Below, in pieces: positions 60,227-64,000 of a DNA stretch of 64,000 bases. The position numbers were made by a program, and so were the translations under genes. Below the pieces are notes generated by a model. It did no database searches. It had not been told where the DNA came from and was given only the letters and a program-made list of their open reading frames with translations. Numbering within the stretch: the first letter of the stretch is position 1; each line of letters begins with the position of its first letter. Source of the stretch: Candidatus Heimdallarchaeota archaeon (GTDB lineage: Archaea > Asgardarchaeota > Heimdallarchaeia > Hodarchaeales > Hodarchaeaceae); the NCBI GenBank assembly GCA_020353515.1, contig CP070695.1, positions 2,822,539-2,886,538 on the forward strand, given 5' to 3'.

Positions 60227-60452
60227 TTTCCCTTTTTACTTTCTGTAATTAATAAAGATTATATGATTTAACAATTTATAGGATTTGAATAGATATCCAT
60301 TTTTTTCTTATGCCTTTTTTCTACTATATAGTCTTTTCCAATTGTAATCCTCCAATCAACTGTGAATATCATCAAGAGAACAATAATTCTGAGGCTGAAT
60401 TCATCCTCTCTGCCTCGATTCTGAAAATCCCATCCGAAATCAAATTTTCAAT

Positions 60453-60486
60453 CTCCGAAAATTAAAAACCAGACATCAGACCGAAT
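60453..60486 (+). repeat. Dispersed intergenic repeat, short remnant
   Basis: CTCCGAAAATT..CAGACATCAGACCGAAT. Confidence 0.6.
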
Positions 60487-61067
60487 AATTTCATCCAGAA
60501 ATTCTTTCTGAAAAACATCAGAAAATTCAAGATTTTCATTCACTAGAATTTCACCCCCAATTCAAAAACCGTGTGTAACTTCTGCTGGAATATAATAAAT
60601 TCTTAAGAGCGTACCAACGAGAAAAGCGACAAAAACAAGCGGGACAAGAATTTCTATCAATCGATAGTCGATCAGCGGATCTATTACCAACCAGAAAAAA
60701 TACTCCAAACAGGAAAACAATGCTTCTGGATCTTAGCAGGGGATCCGACAGATGACAGACGACATCTGAGTCTGGTGTTGGATAGAATCTTTGAGTTAGT
60801 GTTACATCCTAAGATAACACTGATGCCCGTACCGAATAATGAGGCCGCGATTGCCTACGCGATTCATACGATTATAGGTGGAGTGGTCTTTTTCTGCCAA
60901 TTCAATCACTTTCATTAGTTCTACTCATGAAAATCTTATTTGAAAAATGACTTTTACAACTGTAGGATTAGGAAATATTTGATATTCTTGATTTTCCATT
61001 TACAACCCACAATATACCCAAATAATTCTTTTTTTTATAATCCAAAAAAATATTTTTCTTCTGCTAT

Positions 61068-61364
61068 TTGTGTCTCCACAATCCACTTCCTTTAAATTCC
61101 TCGAAGAAAGAAACCGAGGTTTATTCACCTACTTTCCTCAAGATTCTCAAAAGATTGGAGGGGACTGGAAATTGGATCGATTACGCTATTAGTGAAGCAC
61201 CTCCTATTAAAAAAGAATTTTACGAAGAGATTACTCCAGAAGAAGGACAATCATTAGCAGAGGAGTTAGGACTTTCCTATTACGAGACCAGACCAACTGA
61301 TAAAAAAATTAGTGGGCAAATCTTTCACGATTGGAGTCTTAGAGTGTTACAAAAGGAGGTTTAA
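61068..61364 (+). pseudogene. C-terminal fragment of a small GTPase-like gene
   Basis: ITPEEGQSLAEELGLSYYET resembles VTLQEGQSIAQELGADYFEM of 63407-63949. Confidence 0.55.
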
Positions 61365-61507
61365 AGCAACGAAATTGACCCCATACATTCTCGCTCGACT
61401 TGGTGAGAAAGCTAACACATTAATACTAGAAAAAGTTAAAAAGAGAAAGTGGGATGTAAATTCTTACAATTTCAACGTTTTTTCCTAAACAAAGGATCGT
61501 TTACGTC

Positions 61508-63328
61508 ATGTCAAAGCCTAAGAAAGTCCAATTTTCTGTATTTCTGAGTTTAACCTTATTAATGTTGGTTCTATCATCGCTAGTCATTTTTTCAGACAAT
61601 TTCACTTTAGATAATACACTTGGGATAACGGATCGTGTCCATACAATTCGAGAACCATTTTGGGATTTAACGGGTACACCTATTATTATAGATGACGCCT
61701 TCCCAGATTATAGTTGGGATACAACTGCTACACTAAATCAATGGTGTAGTGGATCGGGAACATGGGATGATCCCTTTATTTTGGAAAATATACTTATGAA
61801 TGGATCCGAGGCGAGTAGGTGTATAACCATCCGAAATTCTAATGTTTACTTTTGTATTCGGAATTGTAAAATTGAGAACTCCATATGGAATAGCTTTGGA
61901 ATTTATTTGGAAGATGTTGCGAATGGAACGATACAGAATAATTCATTCCGTAATAACAATCGTGTGATAGTTCTTGGGGGTTGTAATAATAACACTATCG
62001 GGAATAATTCTTTTTACAATGATGAAACAGGGATCAGTATTTGGTACTCGGTCAATACTACCATTGAATACAACACGATTTATGATAGTGGCTATGCAGC
62101 AATAAGTCTGTCTCAAAACACAAATACAACTCTTTATGGAAATAAAATGTATGAATGTGGAATTGATCTTCTTCCGATGAATGATTTTGACACGATAACA
62201 ATAGATACTTCAAATATTATTAATGAAAAACCAGTCTATTATTATGTGAATGAAGCTAGATTGACTACCACCAATTTCACTAATGCAGGTCAGATTCTAC
62301 TAATCAATTGCTCAAAGTGTCTTATTTTCAACACTGCCCTCTCCCATTCATCGGAAGGTATTAAGTTAATATCCTCAGATAATAATATAATATCAAATAA
62401 TGTATTTTCCCAAAATAGACGCATGGGGATAAATCTTTTTGGTAGTAATAATAATACTATTTCAGAAAATTCATTTTACAATGAGGAGGATGGAGAGGGC
62501 ATATTTGTTTGGATGTCCGATAAGAATGTAATAGATAGGAATAACATTTCAATAGGGATCTATGGTTCGGGGATTTCTATTGATAGTGGTAATGATACTC
62601 AAATTTCTAACAATAGAATTATCAATATAGACCCATACGATGAGATCAGAAATAATTGGACCCAAGGAGTTGCTATATATGGGTGTACAAATACATCAAT
62701 CACAAATAACTATGTATACAAACAGGGTTTTGGATACAGTGTCGAGGGTTCTCAAAATACCTCGATATCAGAAAATGTTGGGGAATTCTGTAATCACGGA
62801 ATGTATCTGCAAAATGCAAATATTGCACGCATCAGTGGAAATAAGCTCTTAAACTGCCAGGACAAGTGTTTATCTGAAGAAAATAGCACAGAAACGATTT
62901 ATCAAAGAAATTATTGTAATACTGCCATCAAAATTCTAACTCCATCACCAAAAGAAATATTCGGTCAAGAATCACCCAGCTTTAATCTGCAGGTGAATCT
63001 CCCCAACACCCCGGAGATTCTGTGGTACACAATGAATAACGGAGAAACAAATATTACATGTGGGCTTAGTGATATAATAGATCAAATAATGTGGACAACA
63101 CTACCAGATGGACCGGTTGTCATTCAATTTTATGCAATGGATGCTGCAAAGAATATTGGATCAGGATTTATTGAAGTCTCGAAACAAACACATTCACCAA
63201 CGACCACTTTTGGATCATATAATTCTACTTACACAACATCAAAGAGCTCTGGATTTTCACTAGGTTACATGGTTATGGTTTTATTTCTGCTCTTTGTTCT
63301 TGGGACAAAAAAGAAGAATCACATTTGA
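61508..63328 (+). CDS. NosD/beta-helix surface protein with SGF-TM C-terminus
   Basis: WCSGSGTWDDPF, NN repeats, KPVYYY, GQILL, S/T linker-SSGF-TM-KKK. Confidence 0.9.
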   Translation: MSKPKKVQFSVFLSLTLLMLVLSSLVIFSDNFTLDNTLGITDRVHTIREPFWDLTGTPIIIDDAFPDYSWDTTATLNQWCSGSGTWDDPFILENILMNGSEASRCITIRNSNVYFCIRNCKIENSIWNSFGIYLEDVANGTIQNNSFRNNNRVIVLGGCNNNTIGNNSFYNDETGISIWYSVNTTIEYNTIYDSGYAAISLSQNTNTTLYGNKMYECGIDLLPMNDFDTITIDTSNIINEKPVYYYVNEARLTTTNFTNAGQILLINCSKCLIFNTALSHSSEGIKLISSDNNIISNNVFSQNRRMGINLFGSNNNTISENSFYNEEDGEGIFVWMSDKNVIDRNNISIGIYGSGISIDSGNDTQISNNRIINIDPYDEIRNNWTQGVAIYGCTNTSITNNYVYKQGFGYSVEGSQNTSISENVGEFCNHGMYLQNANIARISGNKLLNCQDKCLSEENSTETIYQRNYCNTAIKILTPSPKEIFGQESPSFNLQVNLPNTPEILWYTMNNGETNITCGLSDIIDQIMWTTLPDGPVVIQFYAMDAAKNIGSGFIEVSKQTHSPTTTFGSYNSTYTTSKSSGFSLGYMVMVLFLLFVLGTKKKNHI

Positions 63329-63339
63329 GATTTTGAAAA

Positions 63340-63406
63340 CTCGTTTAATTGAAGCTGCTGACTCCTTAAAAATATCTGACGATAGTTCCGCTTAATTTCC
63401 ACACGG
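63340..63406 (+). repeat. Dispersed intergenic repeat, right half
   Basis: CTCGTTTAATTGAAGCTGCTGACTCCTTAA...CTGACGATAG...CTTAATTTCCAC. Confidence 0.8.
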
Positions 63407-63949
63407 TTAGCTTGTTTTTAGAGCTATTACTCTTTTCACAAGTAATCTTAAGATTCTATCTAAAGCCTGAAGATCAGTAGCAGCCATCTCAAAATAGTCT
63501 GCACCAAGCTCCTGAGCGATCGATTGACCTTCCTGCAGAGTAACTGTCTCAGGATCATCATCATGAAGACCGATAAACGCAACAGGAACAGTGGGATCAG
63601 GGATGTGTTTTCTAAATTCGTGATAGTACTCAATTGTTGACTCAACAAAACTATTATTACTTTTTGAAAAAGCAAAAACAGCTGCAGAAGCTCCACGAAT
63701 ATAGTTGGGAAATCTTGGATTCTTTACCCCCTCGAAAACAGGATCTGTTGAGATATCGACCAAAATGAGTTTTATGTTATTGTTATCCATATTAATCTGT
63801 TTAGTAGGAATTTGAACACCTAAAGACTTAGTAAAGGGATCAGGTATTCTACCAGCATAGGAATGTAAAGATTGGGTTAGTAGGTTATCAGGAAGACTGA
63901 GAAAACAAATTTTAAGTAGATATTCGTCCCCTACCATTTGTACCTCCAC
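63407..63949 (-). CDS. Rab/Ras-like small GTPase homolog with degenerate G motifs
   Basis: YLLKICFL, KSLGV, IKLILVD, YIRGASAAVFAFS, PVAFIG, EGQSIAQELGADYFE. Confidence 0.8.
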   Translation of the reverse strand: MEVQMVGDEYLLKICFLSLPDNLLTQSLHSYAGRIPDPFTKSLGVQIPTKQINMDNNNIKLILVDISTDPVFEGVKNPRFPNYIRGASAAVFAFSKSNNSFVESTIEYYHEFRKHIPDPTVPVAFIGLHDDDPETVTLQEGQSIAQELGADYFEMAATDLQALDRILRLLVKRVIALKTS

Positions 63950-63965
63950 ATTATACTTCCATTTT

Positions 63966-64000
63966 TTTCCTCCGAAAAGCCAAAAAAGCGTACAGACATC
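63966..64000 (+). repeat. Dispersed intergenic repeat, left end (runs off window)
   Basis: TCCTCCGAAAAGCCAAAAAAGCGTACAGACATC. Confidence 0.8.

Noticed and set aside
47668-64000. Dispersed repeat as CRISPR or intact IS
   Set aside because: Spacing is gene-sized, copies are degenerate, and no transposase or cas gene is present in the window

Overview
AT-rich archaeal DNA, most consistent with an Asgard (Heimdallarchaeia/Hodarchaeales-like) genome; this is inferred from BHB-intron tRNAs, archaeal uS8/uL6, Rab-like small GTPase genes and many C-terminally anchored NosD-type surface proteins. The window opens with the end of a ribosomal operon (uS8, uL6) and two intron-containing tRNAs. One is a tRNA(CAU), probably Ile2, with two introns, one of them in the D-loop. 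The rest is accessory: hydrolases, methyltransferases, three toxin-antitoxin pairs, five beta-helix surface proteins and several single-hit pseudogenes. Main discovery: three dispersed paralogs of an unannotated ~510-aa protein (3279, 11688, 44021) are each followed, 52-92 nt downstream on the opposite strand, by a 9-12-codon proline-rich ORF missed by the ORF track (MSPPPGGIGPDQ, MPPNEPLQP, MMPPQEPGPGW). Each tiny ORF has a GAGGT Shine-Dalgarno at 7-8 nt spacing, an upstream TATA-like box and a downstream pyrimidine tract. This is a candidate cognate peptide/receptor (or precursor/maturase) system. Also notable: about ten same-orientation copies of a degenerate ~130-bp intergenic repeat punctuating 47.7-64 kb like a cassette array, and four palindromic boxes at an exact 29-bp period upstream of satD.
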